45,268 bases of DNA. Source: Octopus bimaculoides. Its lineage: Eukaryota. This document shows, one piece after another, positions 34,693 through 45,268 of this stretch. Below the pieces are notes generated by a model. The model saw nothing but the letters and a program-made list of their open reading frames with translations. It was not told the DNA's origin and ran no database searches. Position numbers and translations under genes: made by a program. The DNA lies in the NCBI RefSeq assembly GCF_001194135.2, contig NC_069001.1, forward strand, positions 34,088,765-34,134,032. The letters are read 5' to 3'. The number at the start of each line of letters is the position of its first letter. The stretch's first letter is position 1.

Positions 34693-35835
34693 TTCCCTGT
34701 AATTGTATACTTCAACTTATTCGGAAGACTACATCTGGCTAATGTAGTAATTGTTATGGAGTTTTGAAGATCTCTAAAATCAGCTGGTGATATCCAATCA
34801 GTTGTTTTTCCTCAAAACTTTAACAACATTATTATCATTACAAAACAAATTGTTATTTCCATTTCCTTAATGATCGCTTGCACATTAATACTGTAATGAA
34901 AAACAATTGATCTCCTTCACTATCAGATTGGTATTTTGACATTATTAAAATCCCAGCTGGTCCCTACTTAATATTTCGGTCTATAACATTCATACAGCTC
35001 CTCCTTTAATAACCTGGCTAGTTGTTAGAAAGTAGGATCAGATGAATAAAAATCTGGCTAAAAGTTGTTTTTTTTGTTTTCAGAAATGTCTCTAATAAGC
35101 ATGTATGAAAGAATGTATTTCAAGGAGGTAAAAAAACAAACATATACACATAAAAATCACATAGATGAGGAGAAAATGTGGAGACAGAGTGATAGAAAGG
35201 TTTACAATTATATTTTTTGTATTTGCTAATGACAGGCAAATTGGAGCCAGTATTGGAAAAAAAAATAAGAAGAAAAATATCACTATCTGTATAAATATGT
35301 GTGAATGTAATTAAACATATTAATAACGAATATATATGTGTATGTATATANNNNNNNNNNNNNNNNNNNNNNNNNNNNNNNNNNNNNNNNNNNNNNNNNN
35401 NNNNNNNNNNNNNNNNNNNNNNNNNNNNNNNNNNNNNNNNNNNNNNNNNNNNNNNNNNNNNNNNNNNNNNNNNNNNNNNNNNNNNNNNNNNNNNNNNNNN
35501 NNNNNNNNNNNNNNNNNNNNNNNNNNNNNNNNNNNNNNNNNNNNNNNTCTAATTACTATGCATAAAATGCAAAATATTCTATTTTTTCGTAGATTAGGTA
35601 GGTGTAATTCACCCCACTAATTTTCAGTCTCAATATTTAACCTATGCATAGTACTGCTGTAGTACACGTGCTCTGTACACTACTTCAGCACTGTGTTCTT
35701 TAGGTGCTATAAAGACAGAAGTAAATCTTGCCTTCAACTCAGTTGTGTGCCTGTGTTTCGCTTATTTTTTGAGTGTTTTACTACATAAAGGTCACCAACT
35801 GCCTACCCTGAGTAATTACTGATGCCATGTGGCTG

Positions 35836-35879
<44 letters not shown>

Positions 35880-35920
35880 GGCTGCCAACACTTTCTTCTG
35901 CAAAATACAAATTGGGCTTG

Positions 35921-35960
<40 letters not shown>

Positions 35961-37019
35961 GTATGTATTTATAAATAATCAAGAGATCTTCAAAATTTGC
36001 TTATTATGGTATTACTCTCATTAAATTCCAATCTAACACATGTTTCTGCTTGATACATGTCCCAATGTCCTTTGGTATGGCATTTATGTGTATTTAGTTA
36101 ATTCAGCTGCAGTACATATTCATCTCACGTACACATTCCTATGCAGTTTTGTTCAAGATTTCACCCATGCAACTGGGGCAGAGAGCTAATAAGGTACCTG
36201 CTTAGATCCAAATCCATATTCCTGTATATTTTATATATATATATATATATATATTTTGCTATGTGTCCATTTTCTCAGACTGGCATGGGTTAGATGAAAC
36301 TTGTGGCAAATTCTCTACTGCGTGACACTTTTATTGTCACAAACCCAAGTAAAGCATTTGCTTGTTTCATTCCACTGATCCTCAAACATGAAAAGGTAAA
36401 AAAAATAAATGCCAAAAAGGAAAAAGAGAAACAACCACCCACAAACAGAGAATACTTAACTTTAGCAAAATTTGAACCTTTACCTTATGCTTTGCATTGA
36501 AGATAGAGTTGATTGTTGGGGAAAAAATATCCTTTTTACAAATACAACATGGAATACTAAATAATCTAATTGGATCCGAAAGTTCATCCTACGCTCTATA
36601 TTGACCGATAAATAATTAAAGGGTATTATGGAAATTTCCCATCGTTAGCCGTGTCTGTCATACTTTTATGTATGTATGTATGTGTGTATGTGTGTGAGAG
36701 AGTGAGTTTGTGTGTGTGCGTGTGTGTCTGATTCAAAGAAGCATGCATATAGCATATACATGGTTGTGGTCATCTCATGCTGTTTCTAGATCAGCTTCTG
36801 TGAATGCACCATGCCACAACTAATGCTGTGTGAATGAAAACCTCTCGGTTGCAGTGGTCGATACATTTGTATTTCACTATATAAACAGTTTAATTATGGG
36901 TTTATTTAGTTATTCAACTCGAAAAGCCAAAAGAATAAGAAATACAAAAAAAAAAAAAATAAATAATAATTTACTTGCTAAAAACCAATCGGAAAAAACA
37001 GATAAAAAGTACAATGTAT

Positions 37020-37107
37020 ATATACACAGCGCACACGTGCATTTGCATGCATGTGTATGCGTGTGTGTGTGTATGTATATATATATATATATATATATGA
37101 TATATGC

Positions 37108-37144
<37 letters not shown>

Positions 37145-37280
37145 NNNNNNNNNNNNNNNNNNNNNNNNNNNNNNNNNNNNNNNNNNNNNNNNNNNNNNNN
37201 NNNNNNNNNNNNNNNNNNNNNNNNNNNNNNNNNNNNNNNNNNNNNNNNNNNNNNNNNNNNNNNNNNNNNNNNNNNNNNTG

Positions 37281-37324
<44 letters not shown>

Positions 37325-37435
37325 TATATATACACCTGTATATATACATATATATACATATGCACACACACATATGTATACATATATACATAGATATAGA
37401 TACACACACAAACACACACACACACATGCTTGTAT
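37020..37435. repeat. (TA)/(CA) microsatellite with an N gap
   Basis: Visible runs. Confidence 0.95.
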
Positions 37436-37992
37436 GAATTGCATTTATTTTTGCAACTGATTTGGCCTGAGATTATGTGTTGGGATTAAAACAATTGCTT
37501 CATGCTAGAGTTATTGTAACCCTTAAAAACACATTAATTTCAAATAATAATCTGTTATTTGGTTTGAATGTGTTTCGTCATACATCTATGGCTATGGCTG
37601 CCAATACTCTACTTCGCTGTATCCCAGAGATCCTCTTTGTAGGTTTATTTCAAAGGGGGGAAAAAAATGTGCTGCAGAAGTGTAATTCAAAGGGGGGAAG
37701 TGTGCTTGTTCTTTTGATCTTGCAATAAATCCATGTAAAATGCACACATGTAAGGTGAGTTTTGTCATAATTACCCCTGCTGCATCTGGACTGTGTGTTT
37801 GTGTTAATACACACACACACACATATACACATGCACATGTGTACATGCCTATATGTACACATCTATTTACCTCTCTATCTGTTCTTCAATCTCTCTCTCT
37901 CTCTCTCCCCGTCTGTCTGTCTGTCTCTGCATTTCTGCATGCATACATATCTACTTATCATCTAGATAACTATCTGTGTGAGTAAATATATG

Positions 37993-38032
<40 letters not shown>

Positions 38033-38117
38033 GCATATATATATATAATGTGTGTGTATTTGTATGCACGCATATGTTATCTTTCTCTCTCTTCAAATGT
38101 ATGTACATATGTGTATA

Positions 38118-38173
<56 letters not shown>

Positions 38174-38177
38174 CATA

Positions 38178-38452
38178 CACATAAGCTTTAAGTGGGTCCA
38201 CGAGTAAAAAATTGCAATTTTTGGGTCCATGTATACATTTTGTTTAGTAGGAGAGGTACCCCTGTACTTATTGAAATTTTCAAGATGTGTATTTGGAATT
38301 TATGTTATGAATATAAGGAAATTGTTTTGTTGTTTTTACTAACCTACAAACAAATATTTTATTTCAAAAATTTACATGTGCATATATGGGGTCTAGAGAT
38401 GATAAGATAACTCTCAGGGAGTCCACAAGCAAAATAAGGTTGGGAATCCCTG
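38178..38452 (+). mobile_element. Possible hAT-type MITE (3' TIR retained)
   Basis: Ends ggttgggaatccctg (rc cagggattcccaacc), similar to the TIR at 7822; the 5' TIR is not evident. Confidence 0.45.
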
Positions 38453-38596
38453 AGTTACATTTTTAAGTACTTATCAATTACTTTATGTTATTACATGTAT
38501 GAATATACAATTTGATTTGGAAAATCCATGAATCTGTTCCATTGTTGTGCCAGTATGGTGGGTATTTGTTTTCCATTTTCACATTATATAATGTAT

Positions 38597-39007
38597 ATGG
38601 CTGTGTGGTTAAGAAACTCACTTTGGAACCATGTGGTTTGGGTTCAGTCCTGCTGTGTGGTATCTTGGGCAAGTGTCTTCTATTGTCCTATTGCATATAT
38701 GGAAGCTTCTTTCATTCTTTTATTTGTTTCAGACATTAGGCTATGGCCATGCTGGGACACTGCCTTGAATTTTTAGGCAGATGGATCACCCCCCAGTACT
38801 TATCTTTTAAACCTGGTACTTACTCTATCACTTGTCAATCGATGCTGTTAGATCCCTGTGACCTAACTGTTTGAGATGAGAGGCCAATAGAATGTTTACC
38901 AGACTTAAATGACCCCAAGTACTGGTGTTGGTGTGTTCAACAAAAGCCTTTCCAAGCAAAACACCCATGACCACATTTCAATGATGAAGACGAGCAAAGG
39001 GTAAAAG

Positions 39008-39008
<1 letters not shown>
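38597..39008. mobile_element. Rearranged SINE A: head (plus), tail (minus), 3' half (plus)
   Basis: 38597-38690 head; 38708-38829 inverted tail; 38830-39008 acttgtcaatcgatgctg...gggtaaaagata. Confidence 0.65.
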
Positions 39009-39042
<34 letters not shown>

Positions 39043-39362
39043 TGTACACGAATGCAAACACACACACACACTCGCATGTAAATATCAGTTGTGGGACTGG
39101 AATACAATCAGTGGTGCATTAGAAAAATTACATTGCATCATTTAGCTATGGTCCTTTACATTGTGAGTTCAAATCCCACTTTCATCTTTCCATGATTGAT
39201 CAAATATGTACACACGTCAGATACTTGGCGGGGTTCAGTGTAATTGAATGATCACTCTCTAAAAGATCAATAGGCCAATCACCCATTGATGAATAACTCT
39301 GATCACTGAAAGGTCAACTAATTGACTGTATTTATCTGCACTGCTGCATGGATAAAAGAAAA

Positions 39363-39389
39363 ACTATAATAATAATGATAATGATAATA

Positions 39390-39437
<48 letters not shown>

Positions 39438-39450
39438 TATATATATATAT
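39363..39450. repeat. (AAT/GAT)n plus (TA)n
   Basis: Visible runs. Confidence 0.95.
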
Positions 39451-40192
39451 AAAACTTTTTTAGGTTTAATTTTGCATGTTAAACATGGTTTTTAGGTAGG
39501 GCCTTGATTTTGGTCGGGTATTGTTTTTGCATGCAGTGCATGGTTTTTAGGTAGGGCATTTGTTTTTGCTACCAAATGCTCTTTATTCTGTCATGTGCTC
39601 ACCAAAATAACAGAAGTGGAATATGTTACCAGAGAAGCTGTGTCTGCATGGATGTGTACTTGTTTGTGTGTGTGTGTGTGTTTGTGTGTACACTCTAAAC
39701 TTGATGCCTTATTCAAATGTATTTGGTACTTGGAATATTTCATTTTTGAATTCAGAAATTAAATCATATCTCAGACAAAGCTTTATTTCTATATTTTCAC
39801 ATTTTTCTCAGTAAAGCTGACAAAATGGTTATTGCTCCTATGTCATGGTTGGATATCTACTGTTGTTGTTGTTGTTGTTATTTTCACTGGAAACGGCACA
39901 TGCACCAGTTGTTCAGGCATATGTGTAAAATTTGCCAAAGCATCAAACTTTAGCTTCCATGAAGGGAAATAGACAAAAATGTGTTAATGTGCTGACTGAA
40001 AACAGAAAAGAGGAAAGTGAAAGTGAAAGAGGAAGTAGGCAAGAGGATGAAAGTAACTAGGATAGAAAGGTGGTGGGGGTGGAGTTGAAAGAAAGAAAAG
40101 GGATATTGGTGGAAGGGATGGGTAAGGGGGTAACAGAGAATATTAAAATGAGAAAAAAAATTGATGTGGATGCATGTATGTATGTGTGTGTT

Positions 40193-40246
<54 letters not shown>

Positions 40247-40579
40247 TGCACATCAATTATATATATATATATATATATATATATCTGAAGGGAATCTGTA
40301 GGAATCGGAGTTGTAATCTTTCGGCTTGGCTGGCTGCTTGTGCAGAAAGAGTGATAGTAAAAAAAAAAAGATAAGAAAATAGATGTAAAAAAGAAATATA
40401 GAGATACAAAACAGAGAGAGAGAGAGAGAGCTCATCCTCAATTTTATACTTCACTTCTCAAACGGCTACTTCATATTGTGTTAGATCTGACCAATATAAA
40501 GATACTATTTTTTTTGTTTATAGCTAGTCTTAGTGTCGAGTGAGCTATATAGGCCAGCGCATTTTAGTTATATGCTTCT

Positions 40580-40670
40580 ATATATATATGTGTGTGTGTG
40601 TGTGTATACATACATGTATATGTACATGCACACACACACACACACACACACCGATATACATATGTGCATA

Positions 40671-40708
<38 letters not shown>

Positions 40709-40718
40709 NNNNNNNNNN

Positions 40719-40760
<42 letters not shown>

Positions 40761-41160
40761 TTAAATATTAACTGCTTCCATTGAGTTTTCATATGGAGAA
40801 GTAGTGAACACAAAGTCACACAGACATGCACACACACATGCATGCACACACACATGCATGCACACACACACGCATATAGCTGGTTTTGGTTGGATGGCAA
40901 ATGCCATCGATGTGAACCATATATAAAAGCGGTGCATGAATTGACTGATGCGGTGTTTTCTAGACTTCAAAAAGCTTATGTTCTAAAACATAATTAACAA
41001 AGTGGGTCATATGTACATCACGGACACGCCCCACACATTCATGCATGTGCTTATGTACACACACACACACACACACTCATGCATGTGTATATATACACGC
41101 ACACACTCACACACACACACAGTCACACACACACACACTCACACACACACACACACACAC

Positions 41161-41191
<31 letters not shown>

Positions 41192-41302
41192 TAAACCTAG
41201 ATGGAGAAGAATAAGAGCTGAAAGATACTGTGTACATATATATCAAGTGTTAAAATGCATGAACAACAAAACTTTGTAGATGTGTGCCTATCTATCTGTC
41301 TA

Positions 41303-41345
<43 letters not shown>
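40580..41345. repeat. Microsatellite-dense zone, (TA)/(CA)/(CT)
   Basis: Multiple visible runs with short unique spacers. Confidence 0.9.
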
Positions 41346-41346
<1 letters not shown>

Positions 41347-41854
41347 AATCCCCTCTCTCTCTAATTATATATGTATAGACATAGATGTGTGAAAATGTAA
41401 TGGTACACACACATCTTAGAATGTGTTTATATGTATCACAAAACCTATGCCTTTTTGCTCCTCACATATGCCTACATATGTGTCTGTGTGTGTGGCTGCA
41501 TTTGATGTCCATAGATATAATCTAATGCAAAGTGTTTAATTGAATCTGATTTGAATGCATGTACTTATAAATAATATGTGTGCGCGTGTGTGTGTGTGTG
41601 TAATACCTTGTGCATTCCTATACATGGATATTTTCTCTATGTGTTCTATGATATGGGTATAGATTTTTGTATACATGGTGTATATGAAAATGAGTGTGTT
41701 TGTGGAAAAATCATAAACTGTGTTGTGCGAAATAGATCATGCTTCCTTTGATAATATAATACACAATTCGTATGTATATATATATATATATATATATCAT
41801 GATATTGGCCAGAATATTGATTGTTGTTACATCACTGGTCACAGTGTGCTTTAT

Positions 41855-42085
41855 ATCATTTTACCTTTTGAATGAGGCCGCCCCACTGGCGAGGTAAGCT
41901 GGCCAACATTTCCTCTGATCAGAAGGCTATTCTGTCACAGGTTTACCCATTTACTGCTAAGCAGAATGGAGCAATCTGAAATGAAGAGTTTTGCTCAAGA
42001 ATACAATGTCGCACCCAGTCTGGGAATCCAACCCCTGATCTAGCTATCATGAGTGTAATACTCTAACCACTAGGCCATGGATCTT
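41855..42085 (-). mobile_element. SINE family C
   Basis: ggagcaatctgaaatgaagagttttgctcaagaatacaatg...ctctaaccactaggccatg is the reverse complement of the C head and core. Confidence 0.82.
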
Positions 42086-42488
42086 CACACACACACACAC
42101 ACGTTTGACTATGTGTGTGTCATGATCCATTGAGCCAGAGACATGTGTTGAGCTTCAGTGTCTGTTTTAGCATTGTTTTTATGGATATATAGATATATCT
42201 ATATCTATATATATNNNNNNNNNNNNNNNNNNNNNNNNNNNNNNNNNNNNNNNNNNNNNNNNNNNNNNNNNNNNNNNNNNNNNNNNNNNNNNNNNNNNNN
42301 NNNNNNNNNNNNNNNNNNNNNNNNNNNNNNNNNNTAAAAATTAAAACCAAAACGATCATTTTCACTTTAATTTTTGTCTTGAAGAGTTTGGTTAAATGAA
42401 CAAAAGTGCCAATAAAGAATTATTCAAAATTCTGACTGCCTCCTTTTTCTCAATATACAATATCTGTATACCACGTCAAACACTCCAT

Positions 42489-42531
<43 letters not shown>

Positions 42532-43240
42532 AACATATACCTACATACGTACACATATATATATACATATGCACACATATATTTTCATATACACACATAT
42601 ACACATGCAAACATTGTTCAGGAAGATGTGCATAAATTTTACTTATATTTCTATATAGATATTATCTATATTTGTTATTTGTATGATTCTTCATTAGATT
42701 ATGCTAATATATAAGTGGATAACTGTACAAAATCATAAACATCCATTTATCTTTATTAAAACCTTGACTGCAGCATAGTTTTGAAATTTTGATTTTCTTA
42801 TTAAATGCAGGGTCTGTATTTGTATTAATATCTCCAGAAAGCACTGCGAAGGAGACAGAGATAAGCTTCTAGCAGTCTGTGTTCCAAGAGTACTTTTGAT
42901 TTTGGAGTATATCTCTTTTACATCTCTTTCATTACTAAATAGCCTTTGGAAATGCATGAATATAACAACTCCAATTTATCATTTCTTGATTGAGACTGCT
43001 GATTACAGATTTTCAAGCAGAAATGCCAGACATTTAGTGTTTGAAATTTTTAATTCTACTGAATGGAAAAGAAATGAATTGTCTAGCTTATTTTTTTCTT
43101 TTCTTTATACGTTAATACCTTATTTGGTATTACGTGTTTTTTTGTTACCATATTTGTTGCTAATAATCTTCAATGTATTTTCATATATATTTACACACTC
43201 ACACACACATACACACATGCACACACACATACACATACAC

Positions 43241-43320
43241 CCGACAAAATCAAAGACAAACAATGCACATGCAAAAAATAAAACATATAAACAGGTGATA
43301 ATTTACCCATCGCATCCTGT
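43241..43320 (-). mobile_element. Solo 5' end of the same maT family as 18918-19791
   Basis: gacaaaatcaaagacaaacaatgcacatgc...ataatttacccatcgcatcctg aligns with 19715-19791. Confidence 0.75.
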
Positions 43321-43336
43321 TTATACATTTCTGAGA

Positions 43337-43368
<32 letters not shown>

Positions 43369-44450
43369 GTATATTTAGTAGGCTGTGTGTTATGGCCGAT
43401 TAGAGAGTGAACACTGGTTTTGCACCTCTAAAGCACTTAGCTGTATAGGTAGCTTGTAAGACTCAAATGACCAGAGGCACTGGTCTCACTGCAACTGGAG
43501 GGAAGAATACATCATGGTCAGCTAATTTTGTAAACAAAAAATTCTGGAACAAAATTCTACTGGCAAGGTGGAATTATCCTCCTTAGATTGGTTCCAGTTT
43601 CATCTCAAGTGAGCAAGTAGCAAATTTCATGTTTCCAACATGAATTTCCTCTGATTTGGGCACTGAGTAAATTCCTCTGTTTTGGAATTTAAGAAGGTCC
43701 TTGAATCATGTGAGTTCTTGCTCTTTCAGCCAACTACCATAATTTGATAATTAGTTATACAGTGTTCAAATCCTGCCTAACGTAACTAATTTAGCTTTTC
43801 CCATATTCATGCTTTACCAGTTTAGTAAATGTGATTTTATTTGCATAAGAACCATGCTATTTAATAGAAACCTAATAATTTTAAGCATCATGGTTAATTA
43901 CCCGTTTTCATAATTACATTCTATAACTATATTCTATTAATCATTTTGTTTTTAATTTCTTGCCATAAATAATAGTGTCTCATATGTTTAGATAATAATT
44001 TTTCAGATAATAATTATCTGAATGCATAATAGTAGAAGAGCTGCAAAAGAATCCAGTAGATTCAAGCTATATCCATACATTTTGCACTAAGTATTTCGCC
44101 TGTACTGAATAAATAGCAAAATCATGCATGTGTATGTGCACGTGTGCATGCACACACACACACTGCAACTAAGTAATTAAGTGAACTTGGGCAACTGCTG
44201 CTTCTACCAGCAATATTGCTTCTAACGACAATAAAGCATGTGACATTCATTAAAGGCCTATATTCATAAAGAAGAACCAGCTTTTATATGCTTCAACATG
44301 ATAGAGCTAAAGCTGGAATTGGAGATACTATAAAAATTCCCCTCGTGGTCTTGTACTAGTAATTCCCTCCATTTTTCTTTCATTTACTCTCTCTCTTTCT
44401 GTCTGTCGGTCTCTCTCTCACTCTCTCTCTCTCTATATATGTATATATAT

Positions 44451-44666
44451 CCCTTCTACTATATGTACAAGGCCTGAAATTTTGGGGGAGGGGAACCAGT
44501 CGATTACATCGACCCCCAGTGCGTAACCTGTACTTAATTTATCGACCCCCGAAAGGATGAAAGGCAAAGTCAACCTTAGCAGAATTTGAACTCAGAACGT
44601 AACAGCAGAAAAAATACCGCAACGCATTTAACCCGGCATGCTAACATTTCTGCCAGCTCACCACCT
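44451..44666 (-). mobile_element. SINE family B, full length, CpG-rich
   Basis: ccttctactatatgtacaaggcctgaaattttgggg...cgaaaggatgaaaggcaaagtcaacc...ctgccagctcaccacc. Confidence 0.93.
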
Positions 44667-44674
44667 TAATGTAT

Positions 44675-44710
<36 letters not shown>

Positions 44711-44720
44711 NNNNNNNNNN

Positions 44721-44759
<39 letters not shown>

Positions 44760-44804
44760 ATATGCGTATGTAAGTATATATTGTGTGCACTCACACACAC
44801 ACAC

Positions 44805-44837
<33 letters not shown>

Positions 44838-45128
44838 TGAAGAGGGACTTTCGAATGTTTAAATGCAATTAACTCTCAGCATAAACTCATCGACCAATGA
44901 ACATGTGATTAGTTATCTACACATGATCTAATAATCTACATGCCTGCATATGTAATTGTATTTTAATAAGCAACAAAATGTTCCATGCAAATATGTGTAG
45001 TTGCATGAATGTTACACAGAAATGAATAATACATACGTATACATACAGACATGCATACATACATCAATACATACACGTATACATACATAAATATATATAT
45101 AAATGAAATATGTATGTATATGTGTGTG

Positions 45129-45162
<34 letters not shown>

Positions 45163-45218
45163 CATGTGTGTGTATGCAAATGTGTATATATTTGTGTATG
45201 TAAACATGTATGTATATA

Positions 45219-45268
<50 letters not shown>
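44675..45268. repeat. (TA)/(CA)/(TG) microsatellites
   Basis: Runs at 44675-44838 and 45020-45268. Confidence 0.9.

Larger units (their letters stand above)
6824..44720. other. 12 assembly gaps (N runs) scattered through this span
   Basis: N at 6824-6833, 14164-14591, 16799-17624, 24237-24521, 28170-28186, 29703-29996, 34075-34245, 35351-35547, 37145-37278, 40709-40718, 42215-42334 and 44711-44720. Almost all abut (TA)n, (CT)n or poly-G. Confidence 0.98.

Noticed and set aside
40285-40320. ctgaagggaatctgtaggaatcggag, faintly hammerhead-like
   Set aside because: Stem II and GAAA are too degraded to support a call.
42786-43378. ~197-codon open frame including the 160-aa ORF
   Set aside because: It runs into T-rich low-complexity sequence, a (CA)n tract and a maT end. 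There is no recognisable motif, so it is left unannotated.
7937-44666. SINE heads as tRNA genes; regularly recurring repeats as a CRISPR array
   Set aside because: The heads have A/B boxes but no cloverleaf and run into SINE bodies. There are no constant-length repeat-spacer arrays, and the DNA is eukaryotic.
490-45227. The many 60-310 aa ORFs rich in YI, HT, CV or X
   Set aside because: They are translations of (TA)n, (CA)n, (TG)n or of N gaps and have no coding signal.

Overview
A strongly AT-rich eukaryotic (animal) genomic window, either intronic or intergenic. It is dominated by (TA)n, (CA)n, (GA)n and (AAT)n microsatellites, 12 assembly N-gaps and many short interspersed repeats. The repeat set resembles an octopus/coleoid cephalopod genome; this is recognition from memory, not a database match. 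It comprises three tRNA-headed SINE families (called A, B and C here, about 30 copies or fragments) and a (GAT)n-tailed, 5'-truncated family (called D). I could not identify a cellular protein-coding gene, and nearly all ORFs in the supplied track are translations of microsatellites or N-runs. The well-supported coding remnants are transposases: an internally deleted DD37D (maT) Tc1/mariner element (18918-19791, minus strand) and an internally deleted hAT element (26142-28245, plus strand). The hAT keeps a TTF-type zinc-finger N-terminus and the hAT dimerisation C-terminus. Other mobile remnants are a mariner-derived end, a piggyBac-type MITE, hAT-type MITEs and probable Penelope-like (PLE) pseudo-LTR fragments. 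The leads worth following are all hypotheses: (i) decayed minimal-hammerhead-like motifs in PLE-type repeats, one inside the hAT next to a GIY-YIG-like trace; (ii) a unique-sequence 30-bp hairpin at 5993-6089; (iii) several fold-back repeat pairs that could be ADAR substrates; (iv) a 78-bp templated duplication; (v) a template-switch palindrome inside a SINE; (vi) a phase-compatible chain of candidate minus-strand exons at 20.6-22.8 kb.
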